Shown one piece after another: positions 50,412 to 60,744 of a stretch of DNA of 64,000 nt. How positions within the stretch are numbered: position 1 is the stretch's first letter; each line of letters opens with the position of its first letter. The DNA lies in IMG/VR virus record IMGVR_UViG_3300020577_002599, positions 1,841-65,840 of that record, one strand, 5' to 3'. The position numbers and the translations under genes are program-made. Origin of the DNA: a virus. Taxonomy: Duplodnaviria > Caudoviricetes. The notes beneath the pieces were generated by a model. That model made no database searches and had not been told where the DNA came from. It saw only the letters and a program-made list of their open reading frames with translations.

Positions 50412-51167
50412 TTAGTTGTATATTCTTATCTCTATTTGACAATCTATAACTCCATCTGTTGCATTAACATTGTTAGTTAATGTGGTTATTCTTACTTGAG
50501 AGTTAGAAACTCTACCAATTTTTGTTATATTGTCGTTTGCTCCAAAATACATAGGCGTTGCAAAACAAACTGTTTTTCCACTTGTAAAAGTAGCTCCAGT
50601 TATGTTTGCAGCATAAACGCCTGTTTGAATTCTACTAAAAGATATTGTACCTCCTGTGTTATTAAAAACAAGGCTGTTTATATTTGGTGGGTCAGTACTT
50701 AACGCTCCTGGACCAAGTATTGCAACATAAGATTTATAAGGTGTAGATCCAGAAGGTCCTTGAGGTCCTGCTGGTCCTTGTATTCCTTGCGGTCCTGTAG
50801 ATCCTTGTGCCGCTAATAAAGCCCAAGATACTGTATCTTCTTCTGGGTTAGAGTTTCCTGTTCCTGTTACATCTGATATACAAAACCAAGAAGCCCCATT
50901 AAAACCTACTGCGTCATTTACTGCATAAGAAGAATTTGTATCCCAAGCTCCTTGCCATTCTAATCCTGCTGGTCCTACTGGTCCTGGAGGTCCTGCTGGT
51001 CCTTGTATTCCTTGCGGTCCTTCCGAACCAACACCAACCGTAGCTGTTATGTCTTCTAAACTAAAGTATTCTGTTTGTCTATCTACCTTAGTTCCTTTTC
51101 TTTCTTTTAGGTCTGTAAAACTAGGGTCTACACCTAAAAATTTTGTTCCTGCTGGTACTTGTGCCAT
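50412..51167 (-). CDS. Collagen-repeat fibre protein with CBM5/12-like module
   Basis: Two GXY runs (GPQGIQGPAG) flanking WQGAWD..Y.VND.V.FNGASW. Confidence 0.75.
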   Translation of the reverse strand: MAQVPAGTKFLGVDPSFTDLKERKGTKVDRQTEYFSLEDITATVGVGSEGPQGIQGPAGPPGPVGPAGLEWQGAWDTNSSYAVNDAVGFNGASWFCISDVTGTGNSNPEEDTVSWALLAAQGSTGPQGIQGPAGPQGPSGSTPYKSYVAILGPGALSTDPPNINSLVFNNTGGTISFSRIQTGVYAANITGATFTSGKTVCFATPMYFGANDNITKIGRVSNSQVRITTLTNNVNATDGVIDCQIEIRIYN

Positions 51168-51185
51168 TTTTTATATTATCTTTTA

Positions 51186-51869
51186 TTATTTCTTTTTCCA
51201 TTCTTTCTTAGATTGCTTTGAAGCAGCCTTACTAGTTCCACACTTTGTTGACTTAAAGTTTGGATCAGCAGTATCACAAGAAGGTTGGTCTTCTTTTTTA
51301 CTTTCTTTTCTTGCAGTTTCTCTGTATGTATTAACATCCATACCTCTTGCGTTAGCATTTCTTTCAATGATAGAATCTTTTTTTCTAACAATCTCAGCTC
51401 TTTTGACCGCTGTTATACTATCTAATTTTTTTCTGTTATTTAGTATCTCTTGTTTTTTCTTTGCAGCAGCATCTTTTTTAGCTTGAAGAGGATTTACTTT
51501 GTTAGTTTTAACTGTATCTTGTGCTTTTACAGAATCGTCTACTAATTTGAATTTTGTTTTTCCGTTTAAAATCATATTAGTTTATTTTTTCTTCATTGTT
51601 TTAGGTTTCTTAGTTTCGAATGGAGGTACGTTTCCTGGACCACCTACTGGTTTTCCCCAAGCATCTTTCATTCCTTTGTAAGGATCATTTGACTTTGTAG
51701 TTGTTGTCTTCTTTGGTTTTTGTTTTTGAATTGCCATAACTTATTTTTTCTTAAACATTAATTTTTCTTTTTTCTCCATAGCCTTACCTTCTTTTTTCTC
51801 GTGTTTAGCCATAGACGCTTTAGAAGTGTACTTTTCTTTTCCTCCGTATTCTTTAATCATTTTTTTCAT
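51186..51869 (-). CDS. Three Lys-rich small proteins (51186-51575; 51582-51737, 51 aa; 51741-51869, 42 aa)
   Basis: The last two are manual translations; promoter box at 51898-51905. Confidence 0.6.
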
Positions 51870-51909
51870 ATTGTTTTTTTAGTTATTATATTTTCCGCAA
51901 AGATACAAA

Positions 51910-52122
51910 TTATTTAACCACCTTTATAAATCTTCCTTCTTTATCGTGTAATGTAGTAAGACCAAAGTCTTTATCTAACTTACTTAAAACAGAATCGTCT
52001 ATATGGAATACCAATTGAAATGTATTGAAGTCTAACTTACCTCCTTTTTCTATGTAGTATCTGTAAAACCAATTAATATCGAATTTACCTCTGTTTCTCA
52101 TTTGGATATATTGCTCTTTCAT
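51910..52122 (-). CDS. Hypothetical protein
   Basis: 70-aa ORF coupled to the RepL-like gene. Confidence 0.6.
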   Translation of the reverse strand: MKEQYIQMRNRGKFDINWFYRYYIEKGGKLDFNTFQLVFHIDDSVLSKLDKDFGLTTLHDKEGRFIKVVK

Positions 52123-52691
52123 AATTTATTCATTTTTATATACATCATTTTATACTTAAAAAGATAGTCATCATCATGAAACGCTTTTTCGCAGTGTGTA
52201 CCAATAAATAATTTAGCTATATCAGATTTTATTAACCTACCAGCAAAAGACAAGTAAGGATTAAATATCCAATTCTTAGTATATGGTCTTTCTGGTTTAT
52301 ACACTTCGAATTTACCATAAACACCTAAGTCAAACAATTTATTCATTATAGGTTTTACTTTATTTATAGACATATCCAATACAGACATTAGTTCTCTTAA
52401 TGTACTTTCATCACTCAAAGGTTCTAAAGAGTTTGTGTTAGCTTTAGCCATCATAGCTAATGTATGAGCTGCCTTGTATTCAATTGGTGTTAAAACCTCT
52501 TTTAAGAAAAACCAACTATTCTGATAGTCTTTTCTAAATATCGCCTTATCACCAAATAACATTGAATCATCTGGAATGTTATTTCTTCTGTTTGTTGAAA
52601 CATCTCTCATTTCACCTGTTTCTTGATCTACAGCAATCAAAGTTTCATTGTGATAAAGAGAAACCTCTTTTTTATAACCCTGTTTTTTCAT
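52119..52691 (-). CDS. RepL-like winged-helix protein
   Basis: VDQETGE N-terminal motif; HTH region; WIFNPYLSFAG C-terminal motif. Confidence 0.55.
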   Translation of the reverse strand: MKKQGYKKEVSLYHNETLIAVDQETGEMRDVSTNRRNNIPDDSMLFGDKAIFRKDYQNSWFFLKEVLTPIEYKAAHTLAMMAKANTNSLEPLSDESTLRELMSVLDMSINKVKPIMNKLFDLGVYGKFEVYKPERPYTKNWIFNPYLSFAGRLIKSDIAKLFIGTHCEKAFHDDDYLFKYKMMYIKMNKL

Positions 52692-53470
52692 ATAAAATTA
52701 ATTAAAATATTAATATTTTTCACATTTGTGATACAAATCTTCACATTCCGTGTGAAAGTAATCTTTGTAAACACCTGATAAATAAGTAAGTAAGTAAATC
52801 CTGCTCTTTATCTTATATAATCCAAATATACTACTTTTTATTTACACCACAAAGGGTATGTTTTTTCTTTTCCAATATACTTTATACCTCATTTTGTTTT
52901 TGTTGGTATTCTAATAACTTAGTTATGTTGTTTAGTAATTTAGTTATGTTGTTGGTATTCTCCCCCCACATTACACTCACCTCTCTAAATCGAAAACAGT
53001 CCCTAACTTGATATGGGGTGTTAATTTGGTTTTAATTAGTTTAAACTTTTTAGGTTTTTTTAGGCTACTTAAATAAATTTATTTTTTGCCCTTGTTTTAT
53101 TCTTCATCTGGATAGGTACATTTTATTTAACGATTTTAGTACATGTACTTTTTTGAAACCAAGTTGCAAAGGTTTATTTTTTTACTGGGATGAAGTTTTT
53201 AATTTGTTGTTTTGGTTGATGGTATTATTAAAAAAACACCATCTTAACACCTTAATAAATTAACCTTAAAATGTACTTTTGAAACTTTGCACAAAAAATA
53301 AATAAAAAAGATAATATATATTTGTTTGATTATCAGATAGTTATAAATTATTTTTAAAAAAAGATAAAAAAAGTTTCTAAATTGTTTTGTTATCTAAATT
53401 TAAATAACTAATTTTACCACGTTGAAAGTTCAAAGATTCACCCTTTTGACGTAAGTTCTTAAAATTTAAA
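52692..53470. other. Long non-coding divergence region, candidate genome terminus / leading end
   Basis: About 780 bp without ORFs at the strand switch; short repeats, C-rich and G-rich patches, T-rich to A-rich skew change. Confidence 0.5.
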
Positions 53471-53499
53471 ATGTGAATCAAATCAAAATTTTATATATC

Positions 53500-54219
53500 A
53501 TGAAATCAAATGTAAAAACTCCAGTACAAAAAAATTCAGTAGTAATAAACAAAGTTAACTTAATTGTTGACGCTGAAAAAAACACAAAAGAACTAAAAAA
53601 ACTTGATACAATAACAGAAAAACAAAAAGAAAGAAACCTAAAAGAAATAATTAAGCAAGCACGCAAAAACAAAAACGAAAGTAAAAAAACTATTTCGGAC
53701 GCTTGGAAACTTGCAACGAAAAGTAAAAGCGCAATTAAAAAATACATTTCAGATAATAGCGAATTAATATTGCCGTATTTAGATGATATTAACACCATCT
53801 ACAACACAAATTTTGATATTAACGTATTTAACGGTACTTTAGAAAACTTTTCAATTACCTCAGATGATTATAAAACTGATATTGACGGCAACGAAATAAA
53901 TGATAAAGATGATTTTAGAAATGTAACTTGGTATTTAACTTTATTAGAGCGAAAAGCAAAATACAAAGATTACACAAGTACTGAGTTTTTAGAATATGAT
54001 AAAAAAAGATTGACGGCAAAGTGTAAAAGTATGTTAAATTCTGAGGTTTCAAAAATTGATACAACGGCGAAAATAGAATTAAACAAAGTTGAATACAAAA
54101 AATTTAGTAAAGAGTTTAAATTGATTGAAACTAATTTATATAAAGAAAGTGAAAACGTTTTAAATTCTGAAATTTTAGAGGCTTATGAAAATTTATTAAA
54201 AACTTACTTAAATAAATAA
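53500..54219 (+). CDS. First early protein (hypothetical, Lys-rich helical)
   Basis: 239-aa ORF from ATG 53500. Confidence 0.7.
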   Translation: MKSNVKTPVQKNSVVINKVNLIVDAEKNTKELKKLDTITEKQKERNLKEIIKQARKNKNESKKTISDAWKLATKSKSAIKKYISDNSELILPYLDDINTIYNTNFDINVFNGTLENFSITSDDYKTDIDGNEINDKDDFRNVTWYLTLLERKAKYKDYTSTEFLEYDKKRLTAKCKSMLNSEVSKIDTTAKIELNKVEYKKFSKEFKLIETNLYKESENVLNSEILEAYENLLKTYLNK

Positions 54220-54695
54220 TATACTTTTGTTTCAGCCTTGTTAGTTGCTTGAAAATAAAGTAATGTACAAAATTGAATTTTGGCAAGGCACTAAAAAAAC
54301 TTTTGTTATTTTGGTTTTAAAATAAAAGTAACGGCAAAAAATAAGCGTCAAAAATAACTTTTTTGAGTTGTTTTATTATGCTACTTGTTTGAGTAGTTTG
54401 CGAGTTTTTTGTTACGTTCAATCTACTTTTTTAAGTAGTGAAATATTGATAAAAAAACTATTAATAAAGTATATCAAAACTTTATTTTTTACAAAGGTAT
54501 TTTAAGCCTTGAATAATTAATTATTCTAAAGTTACGCAAAGGTATTTAATAGTTTTCTTTGCAGGGTCAAATAAGTATAATGTACCGAAGTTGACACGTA
54601 TAAACATATAAAAAAATATGTAAGCGATTATACGTAAACAAAGCCAAGCGGCAAAAATTAGTATAGGTATTTAGTACCTACAATTATATAGAAAC

Positions 54696-54732
54696 TCAAG
54701 GCAATTAATTAATTTTAGTTGCCTTGTTTTAT
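54696..54732 (+). terminator. Rho-independent terminator
   Basis: CAAGGCAA..TTGCCTTG followed by TTTTATTTTT. Confidence 0.65.
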
Positions 54733-54862
54733 TTTTAAAAATGAATTCCACCATCACGTTTTAGAATGGTGCAAAAACACGTTTGAAGTAGTAGTACTTA
54801 TTCAATTCATTATTGACAAACGTACAAAGTAAAAAAGAAGTTTAACCAAAAATTATAAACAA

Positions 54863-54997
54863 ATGAAAGCAATTTTGATAATTTTAGCGAGTTTAGGACT
54901 TGCTTCAGACAATTTATACTTCATCACTGCAATTGGAGTACTGGTTTTATTATTAAGCCACAGAGAACTAAAAAAAGATAGTAAAGAAAACAATTAA
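54863..54997 (+). CDS. Small membrane peptide (44 aa, not in the track)
   Basis: MKAILIILASLGLASDNLYFITAIGVLVLLLS.. two hydrophobic stretches. Confidence 0.5.
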   Translation: MKAILIILASLGLASDNLYFITAIGVLVLLLSHRELKKDSKENN

Positions 54998-55433
54998 GAA
55001 ATGGAAACTAAAATTAAATTTATAGGTCAATACAATGCGTCAATTTGTGGCACGCACACAACAGAAACAATAGATGTATTCTGTAACGAAAACAAAAATA
55101 AAGTGTATTTATATAGAAGTTATAGCAATGGTGGTTTTGATTTTGAGGTGATAAGTAGAAATTCATACAATTCTCATCCAAATTATAACAAATTCGACAG
55201 CCTATTGGAAGACCCTAATTCGTATATAGGAATTCAATTATTTGTAGCTTGGAGAACAAAGTATGTTCCAAATCCAAATCTTATGCCTGAAAGATACTAC
55301 TACGACATATTAAATCTACATTTACAAAAAGAAGCTATTCTATTTAATAAGACAAACGAAGTTAAAAAAGAATTGAGTAAATCATTAGACAGAATTATAA
55401 ATGAATTAGAAAGATAGTAAAGAAAACAATTAA
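54974..55433 (+). repeat. 24-bp perfect direct repeats flanking ORF 55001-55417
   Basis: AAAGATAGTAAAGAAAACAATTAA at 54974-54997 and 55410-55433. Confidence 0.9.
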
Positions 55434-56429
55434 AATAAAAGTAAAAGTTATGATACAACTTACAGAAACTCGAATAGAGAACGGAACTAAAACAATAGAG
55501 AATAAAACTATTGATTTTAAAACATACAACAACATTACAGACACGAAAATCCTGCAATGGTTTAGAAGGATAGGAGGGAGTGAAACGGCACGTAGAAACT
55601 ACACATCTCAAGGCTACCTTGTAACTAAATTAATCAGTACAAGTCCAGACAAGAGTATAAAAGTGATTAGAGAATTTAATTTTGATTAGATTATGAAAAG
55701 ACCAAGAATAAAAGCAAGAGTAAACGTTCAAATGGTAGTAGAATCATTAGAACATAAGAGAAAAGTATATTCAGAAGCAATTCAGAATGTAATGAAAGAA
55801 GAGAATTTGAATTATTCAGAAGCAAAGAAACTTTTGAATCTAAGACTAAGAGAAAAAGCAATGTTTAAATTTTAAGAGATATGCAAAAGATTATTATTTT
55901 AGACTTCTCAGATGCAGAAGTATATATAAAAGATTACGATGCAACACAATGGGATGATGCAGAAGATTTTTTAAGCGAACACGGATTCGATGAATCAAAC
56001 TGTCAATGGATGATTACAGATGTAATAAAATTCAATATAGATTAGACATGAGTAAACTATTAAAAGTATTAAGAGAGCTGGCATCTAACTGCCCTAAAGA
56101 AACACGTTGGTAAAAAAAATAAAAACATTATGAGAGAATTAATAGTACCAGTTGTATGTAAAAACAACAAAAGAATTGTTTGGTCTGAACAAGAATACAA
56201 AGATATTTTCTTTGAATTCAAATCAGAAGTAAGAAAGATTTACAATTCTATACCGAACATTCAAGTAGAATTTAAGAAGGTTTTATCAGACGTATTACTA
56301 AGTAACTATACTACAGAACATTATGTAATAAGTGTAAATGGTGTTTTAAAAATAGCTTTTGTAAACGTGAATAAAATACCAATGTATCATAGTATTGAGA
56401 CTATTGGAAAATCAATATTAAAAGATTAA
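55001..56429 (+). CDS. Early small genes (55001-55417, 55450-55689, 55693-55875, acidic 55881-56045, 56130-56429)
   Basis: Co-oriented ATG ORFs with A-rich starts. Confidence 0.65.
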
Positions 56430-56468
56430 AAATAACAAATAAAAAAACAACTTAAAAATTATACAATT

Positions 56469-57194
56469 ATGAAAACAACAGACGTACAAAGATTAGTTTA
56501 TAAGCTATTAACACAAAACACTGGCATTCACTTCTTAGATTCAGGAGGTGCTTATGGTAGAGCGTGGCAACGTAATCAAAAGAAAACCATTAAAGACTTT
56601 ATGAATGAGCCTGAAGAATCGTATCAATTTGATATGAAGTACAATGAAATATATAGAACCGTATCTGTATTCCATTACCTTAGCGGTTTAGAATTAGATG
56701 ACACTTGTCTAAAGTTTAATAGACGAAATAATAATCCAGCAGATTGGGAAGGAGAACTTCCAGGAGAAGAAATATACGGAGTATCAAAACGTGCAGCAGA
56801 TTGGCTAAATGAGAACCACGAAGTAGAAGTACAATATACTTTCAATACTTACAATAGTGATTCAGATCTATCACAGATATTACAAGGTAGTAGGCTTGAA
56901 ATTGACGGAGATACCTACTACTTAATACAAGTACATGGATGTGCGGATGCTCGTGGAGGTTATACAGATGCAAAGTTATTTAAAACCGCAATGTATAGCG
57001 AAGGAATTCACGAATACTTATGGGAATACAAGCACTCAAGTGAGATAGAAGATGATTTGAGAGAAGGCTATATAGAATCTATGACAGACTATTGGGACTC
57101 AAGTATAGTATATGATAACGAGACTATATTAAAACGTTTAGATGGTCTTATAGATGCTGATATGAATGAAGTTGAAGTAATGCAGGAGGTATAG
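56469..57194 (+). CDS. Conserved phage early protein of unknown function
   Basis: NTGIHFLDSGGAYGRAWQRNQ and QVHGCADARGGYT motifs. Confidence 0.7.
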   Translation: MKTTDVQRLVYKLLTQNTGIHFLDSGGAYGRAWQRNQKKTIKDFMNEPEESYQFDMKYNEIYRTVSVFHYLSGLELDDTCLKFNRRNNNPADWEGELPGEEIYGVSKRAADWLNENHEVEVQYTFNTYNSDSDLSQILQGSRLEIDGDTYYLIQVHGCADARGGYTDAKLFKTAMYSEGIHEYLWEYKHSSEIEDDLREGYIESMTDYWDSSIVYDNETILKRLDGLIDADMNEVEVMQEV

Positions 57195-57300
57195 TATATG
57201 ATTCAAGGGTTAGTTAACAGAAGGGTTGAGGTTGTTAGCCCTTCTAAATTAGTAATCACAAGTAAATTGTTTAACCTTATAACAATTAGAAGAGAAGAGT

Positions 57301-58447
57301 ATGACACAAAAAAGAAAAGCAACATTACATTCAAGGCTCGTACATATCAATAGAATAGACAACGAGTACTGGCAAATGAAACTGTTTGAACCATCAGATA
57401 ATATGTGGTTTGAACTATTAGCCTTTGATTTAGATTCATTGGTATTACAAGCAAACATTATTCATAACATAGACTTAAGAGAGTATTTAAACTAAAAACA
57501 TTATGGCAATGCGAATAGAAGATTGGACTACAAGTGAAATTTTTGATTATTTAATTTTAAATTATTTAATACCTGAAGAATCTTGCTTTGAAGACTGGAA
57601 ACATGATAGAACAGATATGATTAGTATTTTAAAAGAACACTTAGGAGAATAAAAACATTTTTAATATGAAAAATAATTTTAAACACACAAAAGGAGAATG
57701 GTTTTTTGAAGAAAAAATAAATTCAGAAGGTAATATATCTATAAATATGTTTAGTGCAAAAGGTGGATTATTAACCAAATTAATAGATGATGATTCTAAA
57801 ACATTTGAAGAAATAAAAGCCAATGCTATACTAATGACTAACGCACCAAAACTTCTTGAAGCAATAGTTGAATTTTGTGAAAGGGTAGAAAAAGGAGAGA
57901 TTAGAAGTAAAAAAACTTATTCTAAATTTAAAACAATAATTGAAAAAACAACAATTCTTTAAGTATGGAACCAATATCATTTAAAATATTTATTAATAAT
58001 TACATAAAAATCAACTATGCAAGATAAAAAATTAATAGAGCAATTCAAACCTTTTGTTAATGGATATGTAGGAAGTTCAATGCTTACAAATACAGAATAC
58101 CCAGAAACAATTTTAGCGAATGCAGAAAAATGCGTTGAAATATCAAACACCTATATTTGTGATTTCCTAAAGTGGTTAAATATTAATGATTATACTTTTT
58201 TTGAAGGAGGAATTATCAGGCATGGTGTAGAAAAAACAGTGTTGTCTTATGAGCAAATATTAAATATTTACGACCAAACTCAAAAATGATTTGGCACTTA
58301 TTACCAGTAGATGATTTAGAAGAACATTTAGAAAAATCAACTTGTAAATGTTTACCTAATGCAGAGATATTAGAAAATGGAGATATTATAATTATACATA
58401 ATAGTTTTGACAAAAGAGAAGTAATAGAGAATTTACTTGAAAATTAA
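57301..58447 (+). CDS. Early small genes (57301-57495, 57503-57652, 57666-57962, 58017-58289, 58286-58447)
   Basis: Co-oriented ORFs; 57666 has the HTKGEW...KANAILMTNAPKLLEA pattern common in phages. Confidence 0.6.
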
Positions 58448-58518
58448 AACAAAGTTTTACCAAATAACAATTATAGATTACCAAGCGTAATATTAAAACC
58501 TTAAAAGAAAATAACATT

Positions 58519-58944
58519 ATGAGACAAGATTACATTGACACAAGAGACTTAATTGAGAAAAGAGATGAACTTAAGCAACAGATTTTAGATTCATTTTTAG
58601 AAACATTTAAACACTACGAAGACCAAACAGAGTGTTTCGATGATATACTATTTGAAGAGGAGGAAATACAGAACTGGAAAGAAGATTGGTTAGATGAGAT
58701 AGCTGAAATCTGTGAGATAGAGAAGATTGAAGATGAACTTGGTAGTGAGTTTGAGTATGGAGTTACACTTATACACGAAGATTACTTTGAGGAGTATACA
58801 GAAGAACTATTAATTGACTGCGGTTACATATCAAAAGACTTCCCTTCTTGGATAGAAATTGATTGGGAAGCTACCGCAAACAATGTAAAACAAGACTACA
58901 CAGAAGTAGAGTATCAAGGAGAAACTTATTACGGAAGAATTTAA
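58519..58944 (+). CDS. Highly acidic ArdA-like antirestriction (DNA mimic) protein
   Basis: Very Asp/Glu-rich; C-terminal YTEELLIDCGYI..FPSWIEIDWEATA resembles the ArdA C-domain. Confidence 0.55.
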   Translation: MRQDYIDTRDLIEKRDELKQQILDSFLETFKHYEDQTECFDDILFEEEEIQNWKEDWLDEIAEICEIEKIEDELGSEFEYGVTLIHEDYFEEYTEELLIDCGYISKDFPSWIEIDWEATANNVKQDYTEVEYQGETYYGRI

Positions 58945-58955
58945 TTCAATACATT

Positions 58956-59318
58956 ATGAACACAACAGAAAACAATAAACTAATAGCAGAGTTTATGGGT
59001 TATGAATGGTTTGAAGTAAATAAACCATACATAGCAGTAAGAGAAATAAACGGAGGTATAAAACATTTTCAAACCGATTGGAATGATTTAATGCAAGTAG
59101 TAGAAAAGATTGAGAGTTTAGGTTATAGAACCCTTACTGAAAATGAATGTTTTATGATTACTAAAAATAAATTAAAACCTTTTGATGTTAGAAGTAAAGA
59201 TGATTACAGTATTATATTTTCAAATAATTATGAAATTAACCGTTATGATAATACAAAGTTAAGTAATACTTATATGGCAATAGTAGAATTTATTAAATGG
59301 TATAACGAACAAAAATAA
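58956..59318 (+). CDS. Phage ABA-sandwich-like domain protein
   Basis: NKLIAEFMG..DWNDLMQVVEKIE pattern; start ATG 58956. Confidence 0.5.
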   Translation: MNTTENNKLIAEFMGYEWFEVNKPYIAVREINGGIKHFQTDWNDLMQVVEKIESLGYRTLTENECFMITKNKLKPFDVRSKDDYSIIFSNNYEINRYDNTKLSNTYMAIVEFIKWYNEQK

Positions 59319-59324
59319 AATGTT

Positions 59325-60062
59325 ATGGCACAAGTAAGCGATTGTTGTGGTGCGTACTCAGAGTATGCAGGAGATGTAGATATATGTCCAGAATGTTTAG
59401 AGCATTGTGATTTTTATGATGATGAGGAAGACGATGATAGTGGAGATGATTAAAACTTAAAAATAAATAAGATATGAACAAAACACAAATTATCAACGAA
59501 ATAAAAGACCTTATGTTTGTTGCAGAATCAACAGAAAATGTGTACTTTTATCATTCCTTAGAGCGAATTAAGAAAGCTTTAGAGGAAGAATGGACAAACT
59601 CAGATATGTATATGGAAGAAATAAAGTCCGTATTAGGTTATGAGCAAACAATGGAAGACTTAAATCAAATTAAACTATGAAGATAAGGTGCAGAGAAATA
59701 AACAAGGCATTAACTAAGAAGTACTTAACACCAAACAAAGAGTACGAGGTTAAATTAAAGTTAGATGGAATGGTTGTTATAAAAGATGATCAAGGAGATG
59801 ACGTATTAGTAAAGTTAAAAAATTGTAATCACATTAATTCAAATTGGGAAGTATTATGAGAGTAAAGTATAGAGGAGAAGAGATTGAAGTAACATATGAA
59901 ACTTATGGATTTTATTCTCCAGCAACACGTTTTCAGCCAGCAGAATATCCTGATATATTTATTGAAGACGTAGAATATCAAGGAGTTAGCATTTTTAAAA
60001 TATTATCTGATAATGATATAGAGGAAATATTGGAATCACTTATTTCTGAGTTAGAGTGTTAA
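59325..60062 (+). CDS. Small early genes (59325-59453 Cys/acidic, 59474-59680, 59677-59859, 59844-60062)
   Basis: Co-oriented ORFs; the first has SDCCGA..ICPECLEHC plus an acidic tail. Confidence 0.6.
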
Positions 60063-60188
60063 CGTTCCCTCAGCTTGTTGCAGTTGCGGATAATTAAAAA
60101 CTGACAATTCAAATATACACTAATTTTTAAATTAAAAAACAAAATGGAAAAAGAAACACAAACACCGCAATTGCCACAAACGGCTGTT
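60061..60188 (+). repeat. attC-like hairpin 1
   Basis: AAC-GTTCC..CAGTTGCGG / CCGCAATTG..GCT-GTT imperfect inverted repeat with A-rich loop. Confidence 0.8.
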
Positions 60189-60590
60189 AGCGGTTGTATT
60201 GTCACATTTGACTTTGATGGCACGCTTTCAAGAAATGATGTTCAAGAATATGCTTTAGAATTAATATCAAAAGGCGTTGATGTTTGGGTAGTTACTTCAA
60301 GATATGACGAATTACATAAACATCGTTATCAAATTAATCCAACGAATGACGATTTATGGGAAGTTATAGATAGACTGAATATTCCTAGATGGAAAGTTAG
60401 ATTTACTTGTATGGAATGGAAAGCATCATATTTATTTCACACAAATTCAGTTTTTCATTTAGACGACAATAACGAGGAATTTTTTGAAATGCGAAAATTA
60501 AAATGCAAAACAAAAGCAGTTCAAGTAAGTTCTGGCGGATTTCAAAATAAATGTAATCGCATTCTATTACGTTCTGTAGATAACCGCTAA
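60144..60590 (+). CDS. Cassette 1 gene: HAD-superfamily hydrolase-like protein
   Basis: VTFDFDGTLS, WVVTSR and FHLDDN motifs; the start codon lies inside hairpin 1. Confidence 0.75.
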   Translation: MEKETQTPQLPQTAVSGCIVTFDFDGTLSRNDVQEYALELISKGVDVWVVTSRYDELHKHRYQINPTNDDLWEVIDRLNIPRWKVRFTCMEWKASYLFHTNSVFHLDDNNEEFFEMRKLKCKTKAVQVSSGGFQNKCNRILLRSVDNR

Positions 60591-60713
60591 CGTTCCCACG
60601 CTTTACGATGTTGCGTAATTAAGCAATGAACACAGCAAACAGAAAGAAATTATTAAATTAAAAACAAATTATTACTAACAATACCAAAACCAGCAATATC
60701 GTAAACGTGTGTT
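60589..60713 (+). repeat. attC-like hairpin 2
   Basis: AAC-GTTCC-CACG(C)TTTACGATGTTGC / GCAATATCGTAAACGTG-T-GTT. Confidence 0.85.
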
Positions 60714-60744
60714 ATAGTTAGTGGCGGTTTTAAAAACTTAAATT

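Noticed and set aside
57218-57246. AGAAGGGTT..AGCCCTTCT hairpin as a further cassette site
   Set aside because: Short, lacks the AAC-GTTCC...GTT geometry and has no partner repeat; probably a processing or stability hairpin.
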